NCBI GenBank assembly: GCA_051955985.1
Contig: JBQCGD010000071.1
Location: forward strand, 27,036 to 91,035
From: Phycisphaerae bacterium
GTDB lineage: Bacteria > Planctomycetota > Phycisphaerae > WQYP01
Direction: 5' to 3'
DNA: 64,000 bases
The position numbers and the translations under genes were made by a program. The notes under the pieces are model-generated. The model searched no databases. It saw nothing but the letters and a program-made list of their open reading frames with translations, and was not told the origin of the DNA. This document shows positions 55,704 through 64,000 of the stretch, piece by piece. Every line of letters starts with the position of its first letter. Position 1 is the first letter of the stretch.

Positions 55704-56534
55704 TTACTTCTTGGCATCGCCGCCGGCCGGGGCGATGTGTGCCCGTTCGCCGTGGGAGAGGAAGCTGAGGAGTTTGGATTCGACGATGCGGGGGTTGTCG
55801 CCGGCCTGGATGGAGAGGATGCCCTGGATGATGATCTGCTTGTTGAAGAGTTCTTCCTTGGAGCGGACGGCGAGTTTGTCGCAGAGGGGGCCGCAGATGA
55901 CGTTGGCCCAGATGGTGCCGTAGAGGGTACCGAGGAGTGCGATCTGGAGGGAGTGGGCGATGGTGGCGGCCTGGTTGTCGCTGCTGCCGCCTTTTTCGCC
56001 GGCGGCGGGAGCGGCCATGTTTTTGAACATACAGACCTGGCCGACGAGGGTGGCGGTGAGACCGAGCGCGGGTCCGTACTTGCCCATGAGTTCGAACATT
56101 TTGCGGCCATGGTGGTGGCGTTCTTCGATGGAGGAGAGCTCGATGGACATGACCTGCTCGATGACGGCGGGGTCGGCGCCGTCGATGGCGAGCTGGAGGC
56201 CTTTTTTGAGGAAGGGGTCCTCGGAGGTTTTGACGGAATTTTCGAGGGCGAGGACGCCGTCGCGGCGGGCGATTTCGGCGAACTGGACGATCTGCTGAAT
56301 GAGGTGTGCGGCGTGGACATCCTTGTGGAAGAGGCATTTTTTGATGTAGGCGGGGAGGCCCTTGGAGGCGTGCCAGGGCATGGACATGATGGCAAGGCCG
56401 ATGGCGCCGCCCATGACAAGCACGAACCCTTCGGTGGAGTAGAAGACGCCGAACTGGCCTTCGGTGCCTTCGTACATGGCGAACATGATGCCGCCAAAGG
56501 CGAGAAGGAACCCGATGATGGTTGCGATGTCCAT
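55704..56534 (-). CDS. MotA/TolQ/ExbB proton-channel family protein
   Basis: 4 TM helices, C-terminal GTLYGTIWANVICGPL conserved plug/TM3-4; start ATG 56534. Confidence 0.65.
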   Translation of the reverse strand: MDIATIIGFLLAFGGIMFAMYEGTEGQFGVFYSTEGFVLVMGGAIGLAIMSMPWHASKGLPAYIKKCLFHKDVHAAHLIQQIVQFAEIARRDGVLALENSVKTSEDPFLKKGLQLAIDGADPAVIEQVMSIELSSIEERHHHGRKMFELMGKYGPALGLTATLVGQVCMFKNMAAPAAGEKGGSSDNQAATIAHSLQIALLGTLYGTIWANVICGPLCDKLAVRSKEELFNKQIIIQGILSIQAGDNPRIVESKLLSFLSHGERAHIAPAGGDAKK

Positions 56535-56878
56535 GCCTGAAATCCTGCCCGTTGGGTCGGGGAGCGGCGTGCTCCCTGCAAGCGCTTTATCGGCCAGCCG
56601 TGCGCGGGGGTTAACCTGGGGAAGCTGTGCAGGTCGCACGTCCGGGAAAAAAGGTCAGAACGGGCGGCGGGGCGCTGGTCCACGCCTCGCCGGCCCGCGG
56701 TGACAACCCTCTTATCGGCCAGCGGAGCGATGACCTGAGGCAGCGATAAAAATCGCCTTGAAATGGGGTGGAGCGGGGGAGGCAAAACATCCTACCGATG
56801 GGGTGATGCGTATCCCGCATTGGTAACCGCGCCGCAGGAGCGGTTTGTCGTGGGGTTCCCCCTGGAAATGAGGGTGAT

Positions 56879-57617
56879 TATGCGTTTGCTTTCCCGTCTG
56901 GTTGTTCCGTTGTGTTTGATCGGGTTTGTGGTGGGTCTGACCGGCTGCGGCGGGCCCACGCAGCGCGAGCGGGCTCAGCTCAAGTACTTCCAGAAAAGTT
57001 ATCAGCGGACGGTGAGCACCGACCGCTACGCCGTGGCGCCGCCGGACGTGATCACCATTCACGCGCCGCTGGCCCCCGAGGTGAACAATGTGAAGCAGCA
57101 GGTGGCGCCGGATGGCACGCTGAACCTGGATCTGCTCAACCGTGTGTACGTCGCCGGCATGTCGCCGCAGGAAATTGAGAACCTGCTGGCCGAGAAACTG
57201 CGCACGTTCTATAAGGACGTGAAGGTGCAGATTGACGTGGAGTACAAGAGCCAGTGGTACTACGTGTTCGGGCAGACGGATCATTCCGGGCCGAAGCGTT
57301 ACACGGGGCGCGACACGCTGGTGAGCGCGCTGGCGGAAGCGCAGCCGACGCAGCTCGGGTGGCCGGAGCGTATTTATGTGATCAAGCCGTCGCCGGATCC
57401 GGATCAGCGGCACGTGACGGTGGTGAACCTGAAGGAAATCGTGGAACAGGGGGATTCGACGGCGAACGTGCTGCTGGAGCAGGATGACATTGTGTACGTG
57501 CCGTACAACCCGCTGGCGGCGATCGGGGTGTCGGTGCAGAACCTGCTGTTCCCGGCGCAGCCCGTGATCCAGGCGGCGGGGAGTGCGTCGGCCCTAAGCT
57601 ACGGCGCCGGGTTCTGA
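56879..57617 (+). CDS. polysaccharide export protein, Wza-like (Poly_export/SLBB) lipoprotein
   Basis: Lipobox LTGCGG; PPDVITIHAP...GTLNLDLLNRVYVAGMSPQEIE...; GAGGGTG RBS. Confidence 0.6.
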
Positions 57618-57652
57618 TGCTCGAACCGCCATAGGTGTGAATGCTCCTGAAA

Positions 57653-57686
57653 GCTCCGCGGTGTTTGCGGGGCTCTCTTTTTTTTG
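57653..57686 (+). terminator. putative intrinsic terminator after wza-like gene
   Basis: GCTCCGCGGTGTTTGCGGGGC then TCTCTTTTTTTT. Confidence 0.4.
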
Positions 57687-57776
57687 CAGCTTGCGGGAAA
57701 GCGCGCCTCCCGGCCTCGCCGGCTTTCCGGCTTCTCTTCCGCGCGTTACGCTTTCGGCGTTTTCGAAGGAGCACAC

Positions 57777-58220
57777 ATGCTGAAAACGCCGATTCTGCAC
57801 CCGCAGATCCTTGCCGCGCTCGGCCGGGCCGGGCATTCGTCGAAAATTCTGATCGCCGACGGCAATTACCCGTTTCACACGAAAAGGGGTCCGAACGCGG
57901 AGGTGGTATTTCTGAACTTTGCGCCGGGGCAGATGAACGTGACGGACGTGCTCATCGGCCTGGCGAACACGGTGCCGATCGAGCTGGCGGAAGTGATGGA
58001 GCCGATGAAGACCGGCCCGTACGCGATGAAGAACGATCCGCCGATCTTTGAGGAGTTCCGCAAGATTCTCAAAGCGCGAAATGCCTCGCTGGACCTGACA
58101 AAGATCGAGCGCTTCGCGTTTTATGATGCAGCGGGAACGAAGGACGTGACGCTGACCATCGCCACCGGCGAGCAGCGGATTTACGCCAACATTCTGCTGA
58201 CGATCGGCGTGGTGATGTGA
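57777..58220 (+). CDS. RbsD/FucU family sugar mutarotase/pyranase
   Basis: MLKTPILHPQILAALGRAGHSSKILIADGNYP. Confidence 0.7.
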   Translation: MLKTPILHPQILAALGRAGHSSKILIADGNYPFHTKRGPNAEVVFLNFAPGQMNVTDVLIGLANTVPIELAEVMEPMKTGPYAMKNDPPIFEEFRKILKARNASLDLTKIERFAFYDAAGTKDVTLTIATGEQRIYANILLTIGVVM

Positions 58221-58309
58221 CCGCGGCCCAAACAGGGCCGGCGGCCGGTTGCTTCGCCTTTACACTGCGCTAATAATGCCAGCGACACGAACACAGGAAC
58301 GAGTGCGCC

Positions 58310-58933
58310 ATGTTCAATTTGTTGCCGAAGGACACGGTTTTTTACGACCTGTTTGAAGGTCTGGCCACGCATGCGGTGTCCTGCGCGAACCACCTGCGGT
58401 CGCTGGCCAGCGGTTTTCCGGAATCGATGGAACAGGTGCATCGCATCCGCCAGGAGGAGCATGATGCCGACCAGCTCACGCACCAGGCGCTGGAGCGGCT
58501 TGACCGGACGTTCATCACGCCGTTCGACCGCGAAGACATCCACGCGCTGGTGGGGGAGCTGGACACGATCACGGACAACATCAATGCGCTGGCGAAGCGG
58601 CTCAGCTCGTACCACGTGAAGGCGATGGAGCCGGCGTTTGTGAAGCAGACGGAGATCCTGGTGCAGGCGACGATCGCGCTGGCCGAGGCCGTCAAGCTGC
58701 TGCGGACGACGCGCAAACTGACGGACCTGCAGGCGAAGATCATCGAGGTGCACCGGCTGGAGAACGTGGGGGATGACAACCACCTCGCCGCGATTTCCAA
58801 GCTCTTCGAGCCCGGCACCGACGCTTTGCACGTGATCAAGTGGAAAGAATTTTTCTCATTCATCGAGTCGGCCATCGACGGCTGCGAAGACGCAACCAAC
58901 GTGATCGAACGCATCATCCTCAAGAACGGGTAA
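58310..58933 (+). CDS. DUF47 (PhoU-like) phosphate transport regulator
   Basis: Helical 207 aa, directly upstream of PiT transporter as in canonical pairing. Confidence 0.7.
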   Translation: MFNLLPKDTVFYDLFEGLATHAVSCANHLRSLASGFPESMEQVHRIRQEEHDADQLTHQALERLDRTFITPFDREDIHALVGELDTITDNINALAKRLSSYHVKAMEPAFVKQTEILVQATIALAEAVKLLRTTRKLTDLQAKIIEVHRLENVGDDNHLAAISKLFEPGTDALHVIKWKEFFSFIESAIDGCEDATNVIERIILKNG

Positions 58934-58945
58934 GACTACACCGGC

Positions 58946-60094
58946 ATGCAGATTCCCCTCCATATCCTGGCGGCTTCCACCACCACGGCCGCCGCGACCA
59001 CCACGGCGCCGGCCGTCAGCTTCGCGCTCGTGGCCGTCATCATCGGCGTCGCGCTCGTGTTCGATTTCCTCAACGGCTTCCACGATGCGGCCAATTCGAT
59101 CGCCACCGTGGTCTCCACGCGCGTCCTTTCGCCCATGCAGGCGGTGATCTGGGCGGCGTTCTTCAATTTCGTCGCGGCGTTCGTCTTCGGCACGCAGGTG
59201 GCGGACACGATCTCCAAGAAGCTCGTCAACGTCTCGATGCTCGGCGGGCCGGTGGAGCAGGTCCACGTGATTTTCGCCGGCCTCATTGCCGCGATCATCT
59301 GGAACATCCTCACGTGGCTGCTTGCCCTGCCCACTTCCTCCTCGCACGCGCTGATTTCCGGATTCGCCGGCGCGGCCATCGCGAAGGCGGGCATCGGCGT
59401 GATTGAGCCGGCGGGCTGGATACTGGTGCTGGCGGGCATCGTGTTTTCACCGCTGTTCGGGTTCATCCTGGGCACCATCAACATGGTGGTGGTGTCGTGG
59501 CTGTTCCGGTTTTCCACGCCGTCGCGCGTCGATTCGCTCTTCCGGCGGCTGCAGTTGTTTTCCGCCGGGATTTATTCCCTGGGCCACGGGGGCAACGACG
59601 CGCAGAAAACCATGGGCATCATCTACGCCCTGATGATCGCCGCCGGACCCCAGTTCGCCGTGTACGCCCAGCCCAACAAGGATCCGTCGCACTGGTCGCA
59701 TTACCTCAACATCTTCGGCCATCAACACGCGATGGCCTGGTGGATCATTCTCGCCTGCCAGGCGGCGATGGGCCTCGGCACGGTCTTCGGCGGGTGGCGC
59801 ATCGTGAAAACCATGGGTTCCGGCATCACGCGCCTCCAGCCGGTGGGGGGGTTCTGTGCAGAAACGGCCGCGGCGATGACGATCATCGGGTTCACCACCG
59901 TCGGCGGCGTGCCGATCTCGACGACGCATGCGATCACCGGCGCCATCCTGGGCGTGGGCACGACCCGCTCGATCCGGGCGGTGCGCTGGATCTGGGGGCA
60001 GCGCATTGTGATCGCGTGGATTCTCACCATTCCGTGCTCCGCCTTCATTGCAGCGGTGGCGTACTTCGTCATCCGCGCGGTCTTCGGCGCCTAG
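58946..60094 (+). CDS. pitA: inorganic phosphate transporter, PiT family
   Basis: GFHDAANSIATVVSTRVL and GGNDAQKTMGII duplicated PiT signatures. Confidence 0.8.
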   Translation: MQIPLHILAASTTTAAATTTAPAVSFALVAVIIGVALVFDFLNGFHDAANSIATVVSTRVLSPMQAVIWAAFFNFVAAFVFGTQVADTISKKLVNVSMLGGPVEQVHVIFAGLIAAIIWNILTWLLALPTSSSHALISGFAGAAIAKAGIGVIEPAGWILVLAGIVFSPLFGFILGTINMVVVSWLFRFSTPSRVDSLFRRLQLFSAGIYSLGHGGNDAQKTMGIIYALMIAAGPQFAVYAQPNKDPSHWSHYLNIFGHQHAMAWWIILACQAAMGLGTVFGGWRIVKTMGSGITRLQPVGGFCAETAAAMTIIGFTTVGGVPISTTHAITGAILGVGTTRSIRAVRWIWGQRIVIAWILTIPCSAFIAAVAYFVIRAVFGA

Positions 60095-60098
60095 GCCG

Positions 60099-63000
60099 TC
60101 ACCCCGGCGAATCGTTCAACACTTCGACCGCCTGCTTCGGCGCGAGGAACAGCAGCGTCGCCCGCGCCACGCGGAATCCCAGGATGTCCGATGCCGCACG
60201 CAGGTAATACTGCATCTGCCGCTGGTACTCCGGCAGGTTTTTCTGCCAGGTGAAGGGTGAATCGGTTTTGTAATCGAGGATCTCGGCGGATTGTTCGCGC
60301 GCGTGCACCAGCAGCAGATCGATGGTGCCGCGGATGGTGGGCCAGTCGGCGGGATCCGGGGAGGGGGCGGACGACGTGGGAAGCGGGGCGCTCCAGGCAA
60401 AGGGGATTTCGCGGCGGATGCGGGCGTGCGCGTCGCCGGCGGCGAGGATCACCCGCTGGAGCGGCGGAGTGGTGAGAACCCAGAGAATCCCATCGATATC
60501 GGCGCGCTTTGCATCGTCGGCGGTAAGTCGCTTTTTCGCCGTCAGCGCCTCCAGGAAGCGTGCGAGGTCCTCCCGGCTCCGGCAGGCGCTGAAATCGAGC
60601 AGCTCGAGCACGCGGTGGGTGGCCACGCCGCGAAGACGCGATTCCTCCGCCGCCAGAGTCAGCCCCTGCAGCAGGCCGCGCGGCCGTACATCGTCCGCCT
60701 CTTCGCCGAGGCTGCGGAGCTCCGAAACGGTGAAGACAGCCGGCTGGTTCGCCAGTTCGTGATGGGCGTAGGTGCCGGTGACGCGCGCCACCAGGTCGCG
60801 CGGTTCGTCGGCATCCCGCGTCGCCGGGAGCGGTTCCCCCGCCATCAGCCGGCGAAGGAGTTTGTCCTGCTCCAGCCCGACCGCGGTCGCCGCCGCCGCG
60901 GGCGCGGGTTCGTGGACGGAAATCTCCACTTGCGCGTCGGCCGCCGGCGCCTGCTCCGGCCAGCGCACGCGCATCGGGGAACTCGCCAGCGCCGGCACGA
61001 TCCAATCGAGGAAATGCCGGCCCCGGACCAGCACATCCTCCGCCAGCGGCCCGGCGCCATTCCCGCGCCACTCCGCGCGCTTGGATTCGAGCCACCGGGT
61101 TCGATCGATGTGCCCGGTCAGAATCAGGTGATCCCGCGCGCGGGTGAGCGCGACGTACAAAAGCCGCAGCTCCTCGGCGCGCATGCTGCGCTCGTTGTCG
61201 TTGAGGATGCACGCGGAGGCGGCGGAGGGGTAGTACACGTTGCGCTCCACGTCGGCCACGTGCATGCCGATGCCGAGGCGGCGGTGCACGAACACCGGGC
61301 CGCTGGAGCGCAGGTTCAGCATTCCGCCGAGTCCGGCCGCGATCACCACCGGGAACTCCAGCCCCTTCGACTTGTGCACCGACATGATGCGCACCACGTC
61401 GGACGCTTCGGAAAGCACCGGCGCCTCGCCGAAGTCCCCCTCCTGCTCGCGCAGCTTTTCGATGAAGCGGAGGAACCGGTGCAGCCCCTGCTTGCTGAAG
61501 CCGGCGAACTTGAGCGCCCGCTGGTGGAGCGCACCGAGGTTGGCGATGCGCTGGTCGCCCGCATCAAGGCCGGCGAGGAACGGCATGATCCGCGCATCGC
61601 TGTAAATGCGTGCAAGGCCTTCATGCAGCGGCCGCGTGCGCAGGAGCTCGCGCCAACCCGCGAGCTTTCGAAGGAACACGGTGAGCCGCCGCACCAGCGA
61701 TTCGTCGCGCGCCGGCGGGTCGCGCATGAGATCGGTCTGCTCTCCCGGCGGGAGCACGTACCGATGCACCGCCGCAGCGAACGGCACGCGCTTGCGGTCG
61801 AACGTCAGCCGGATGGTGGCGAGATCATCGTGCGAAAAGCGACCGTAGGGGCCGAGCAACACAGTCGCCATCGGGATGTCCTGCTGCGCGTTGTCGAGCA
61901 CATGCAGCAGCGCGAGGGTGTCGCGCACCTCCGCCGCATCGAAGTAGCCGGTGGAGAGATCCGCGTGCACCGGGATGCCGCGCTGCGACAGCGCGCGGGC
62001 GAAGATCATCGCCTTGTCTTTCATGGAGCGGAGCAGGATCGCGATGTCGCGGTAGGCGAGGGGACGGACGCTGCCGTCGCGCGTCACGATGCCGCGCGAT
62101 TCCCGCATCAATGTCTCGATCCGCCCGGCGACCATCTGCGCCTCGAGCTCCACCGCGGAGAGAAGCTCCCTGGGCGCTTCCTCGCTGCCGTTCTCCTCCG
62201 CCTCCTCCTTCGTGGCGACGAGGTGCACTTCCACGGGCGCGCCGTCGAAGAGCGTGAGCGTCTCATGCCCGCGCGGCGGCGCCGCCGCCGGCGAAGGCTC
62301 GAGCGCGTGACCGTCCCCGTACTGCACGCCCGCCACCTCCGGCGTGAGCACCTTGGCAAACAGTCCGTTCATGGCCTCGAGCAGCTTTGCCTGCGACCGG
62401 AAATTGTGCGGCAACGCGACATGCCCCTCCGCCACCTCCGCCGCACGCGCCCGCTGGATGCGCGCCGAAAAGAGCACCGGATCGGCGAGGCGAAACCCGT
62501 AGATCGACTGCTTCACGTCCCCCACGACGAAAAGATTTCCCTTGCCGCCAAAACTTTCCGCCGAGCGCACCGCCGCCAGAAGCGCCTCCTGCAGCGGGTT
62601 GATGTCCTGGAATTCATCCACAAGCACGTGCCGGTATCGTCCGCGCAGTTCCGCCGCCGCAAGGCTGTCCTTCGCGGTGAGCAGGTTGAGCGTGAGCCGC
62701 TCGAGGTCGGAAAAATCGAGCCGGTTCATGGCGCGCTTGGCCGCCGTGTACGTCTTCTCAAAATCCGCGACGAGCTCGAGCAGCACGCCCAGCGGCCCGC
62801 GCAGCCCCGCCATCGCCTGCGACATCTCCTCCGCGGTGTGCACCAGCACGGTGCTGCAGATGCTTTTCAGGCGGTCCTTCGTTTTTTCCCACGTGCGCTT
62901 CTTCAGGTCGTCGAAACCGTCGATCTGCATGCTCTTGAGCGTGGGCCATTTCTGCGACAGCGCCTGGCAGACGTCCTGGAGCGCAGCCGCCCCCTCCTCG

Positions 63001-63845
63001 CACAGCCGCCGGTGCCCCGCCTCGAGCTTTCGTGCGACATTGCGCAGCTCCGCGGCCATCGGCGAATCCGGCCCCGCGTGGCGCGACGCATCCTCCGCCG
63101 CGCGCTGCGCGAAAATCCCCGCCAGCCGCACCTGCCCCGCGGCCACGTCCTGCACAAACCGCTCAAACATCCGCCGGCACCCGTCGCCGGTGTGGTTCTC
63201 GCGGGCCTCCTCCAGGTAGCGCACGGGGTCCGCCGTCGTCGCCAGCATGGTGTAGACGCGCAGCAGCATGTCCCGGCAATTCGAATCGCGCCCCTGCGCG
63301 TACGCTTCGAAAAAGTCCGCAAAGGCCGCCGCCCGCGCATCCTCCGCCGGCAATCGATGCCACCGCGCCAGCACCTCCTCGATCGCCTCTTCGCGCATCA
63401 GTCGCGTTTCGTCCTCATCGACCAGCTCGAACGCCGGGTCGATCTGGGCCTCATGAAAATGCTGGCGCAGCACGCGAGCGCAGAACGCGTGCAGGGTGGA
63501 AATGCTCGCCCGCTCCACCATCGCCGCCTGCCGCTGCAGCCAACCGCGCCGCTCCGCCGCCAGCCGTCCGCCCTCCTCGGCATCGCGGAGTTTCTTGAGA
63601 ATCGCCGCCGCGATGCGCGTGCGCATCTCGTTCGCCGCCGCCTCGGTGAAGGTCAGCACCAGCAATTCGTCCACCCCGCACCCGCCCGCGACCTGTTCAC
63701 ACACCAGCCGCGCGCATCGCTCCGCCAGCACTGCCGTCTTCCCGGAACCCGCCGCGGCCGAAACGACCAGGTCCCCGGCGACATGCTCAATCGCCTTCCG
63801 CTGCTGCTCCGTCCACGTGCGCTCCTGCTTCGATGCCTGCATCAC
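60099..63845 (-). CDS. addA: ATP-dependent helicase/nuclease subunit A (UvrD-like helicase + C-terminal PD-(D/E)XK nuclease)
   Basis: Walker A AAAGSGKT, DEFQDINPLQ, C-terminal nuclease GTIDLLLVH...EILDYKTD; GTG 63845 or ATG 63842. Confidence 0.8.
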   Translation of the reverse strand: MMQASKQERTWTEQQRKAIEHVAGDLVVSAAAGSGKTAVLAERCARLVCEQVAGGCGVDELLVLTFTEAAANEMRTRIAAAILKKLRDAEEGGRLAAERRGWLQRQAAMVERASISTLHAFCARVLRQHFHEAQIDPAFELVDEDETRLMREEAIEEVLARWHRLPAEDARAAAFADFFEAYAQGRDSNCRDMLLRVYTMLATTADPVRYLEEARENHTGDGCRRMFERFVQDVAAGQVRLAGIFAQRAAEDASRHAGPDSPMAAELRNVARKLEAGHRRLCEEGAAALQDVCQALSQKWPTLKSMQIDGFDDLKKRTWEKTKDRLKSICSTVLVHTAEEMSQAMAGLRGPLGVLLELVADFEKTYTAAKRAMNRLDFSDLERLTLNLLTAKDSLAAAELRGRYRHVLVDEFQDINPLQEALLAAVRSAESFGGKGNLFVVGDVKQSIYGFRLADPVLFSARIQRARAAEVAEGHVALPHNFRSQAKLLEAMNGLFAKVLTPEVAGVQYGDGHALEPSPAAAPPRGHETLTLFDGAPVEVHLVATKEEAEENGSEEAPRELLSAVELEAQMVAGRIETLMRESRGIVTRDGSVRPLAYRDIAILLRSMKDKAMIFARALSQRGIPVHADLSTGYFDAAEVRDTLALLHVLDNAQQDIPMATVLLGPYGRFSHDDLATIRLTFDRKRVPFAAAVHRYVLPPGEQTDLMRDPPARDESLVRRLTVFLRKLAGWRELLRTRPLHEGLARIYSDARIMPFLAGLDAGDQRIANLGALHQRALKFAGFSKQGLHRFLRFIEKLREQEGDFGEAPVLSEASDVVRIMSVHKSKGLEFPVVIAAGLGGMLNLRSSGPVFVHRRLGIGMHVADVERNVYYPSAASACILNDNERSMRAEELRLLYVALTRARDHLILTGHIDRTRWLESKRAEWRGNGAGPLAEDVLVRGRHFLDWIVPALASSPMRVRWPEQAPAADAQVEISVHEPAPAAAATAVGLEQDKLLRRLMAGEPLPATRDADEPRDLVARVTGTYAHHELANQPAVFTVSELRSLGEEADDVRPRGLLQGLTLAAEESRLRGVATHRVLELLDFSACRSREDLARFLEALTAKKRLTADDAKRADIDGILWVLTTPPLQRVILAAGDAHARIRREIPFAWSAPLPTSSAPSPDPADWPTIRGTIDLLLVHAREQSAEILDYKTDSPFTWQKNLPEYQRQMQYYLRAASDILGFRVARATLLFLAPKQAVEVLNDSPG

Positions 63846-64000
63846 GCCGCCCCTCCCATGTCCAGCCGCATGCGTTCCAGCACTTCCTCGCGCTTCATCC
63901 GCGGCACATCGCGATAGGTCCCGCTCGCCCGGTCAAACGGGCAGAGGCTGAAGAAATCGCACGCATCGCACGGCGATTCCTTCTGCGCGCGATACGGCGC
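63842..64000 (-). CDS. addB: helicase/nuclease subunit B C-terminal fragment (5' part beyond window)
   Basis: Minus-strand reading ...SPCDACDFFSLCPFD...RMRLDMGGAA* gives Fe-S cluster cysteines of AddB C-terminus; stop overlaps addA start. Confidence 0.5.
   Translation of the reverse strand, partial: APYRAQKESPCDACDFFSLCPFDRASGTYRDVPRMKREEVLERMRLDMGGAA

Overview
This 64-kb window is high-GC chromosomal DNA. Three paralogous prepilin-type N-terminal / H-X9-DG (DUF1559) genes suggest a PVC-superphylum (Verrucomicrobia/Planctomycetes-like) host. I call about 59 protein genes, mostly housekeeping: galE, a Fur regulator, rhaB plus a class II aldolase, a sigma-70 factor, rluD, parB, ribokinase, queC, murI, rnc, dnaN, dciA, thiL, pyc, pyrE, accA, cysS, a motA/motB-like pair, a wza-like exporter, fucU, DUF47 plus a PiT transporter, and addA/addB. 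I found no rRNA, tRNA, CRISPR array, transposase or integrase.

The ORF track contains many long proline/arginine- or glycine-rich ORFs that run antisense to real genes, typical of high-GC DNA. I rejected these.

The most interesting content is non-genic:
- A 497-bp convergent intergenic region just downstream of dnaN-dciA carries two perfect DnaA boxes, one near-perfect box and an AT-rich tract. This is a candidate oriC.
- Two parS-like palindromes lie directly upstream of a parB gene that has no adjacent parA.
- At least five families of short dispersed repeats appear to be specific to this genome: a CACGAAAG/GAAGGGA-module family, a stop-codon-adjacent GCCGACGGGGGCGTCGGC hairpin family, a GTGCCCGCGTCGCCTGCGGGCGACGGGCGT family flanking a small low-GC gene islet, and a GAATTCAGAATTCAG family that is in-frame inside cysS.

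Other notable features:
- The pseudopilin paralogs have conserved leader sequences.
- A cluster combines Ser/Thr-phosphatase (FHA-PP2C, PP2C) genes with a beta-propeller gene.
- Three lipoprotein genes sit in a row, including tandem LpoB-like paralogs.
- A non-flagellar MotAB-like stator pair is divergent from a Wza-like exporter.

All calls are based on reading the translations and DNA by eye. No database search was possible.
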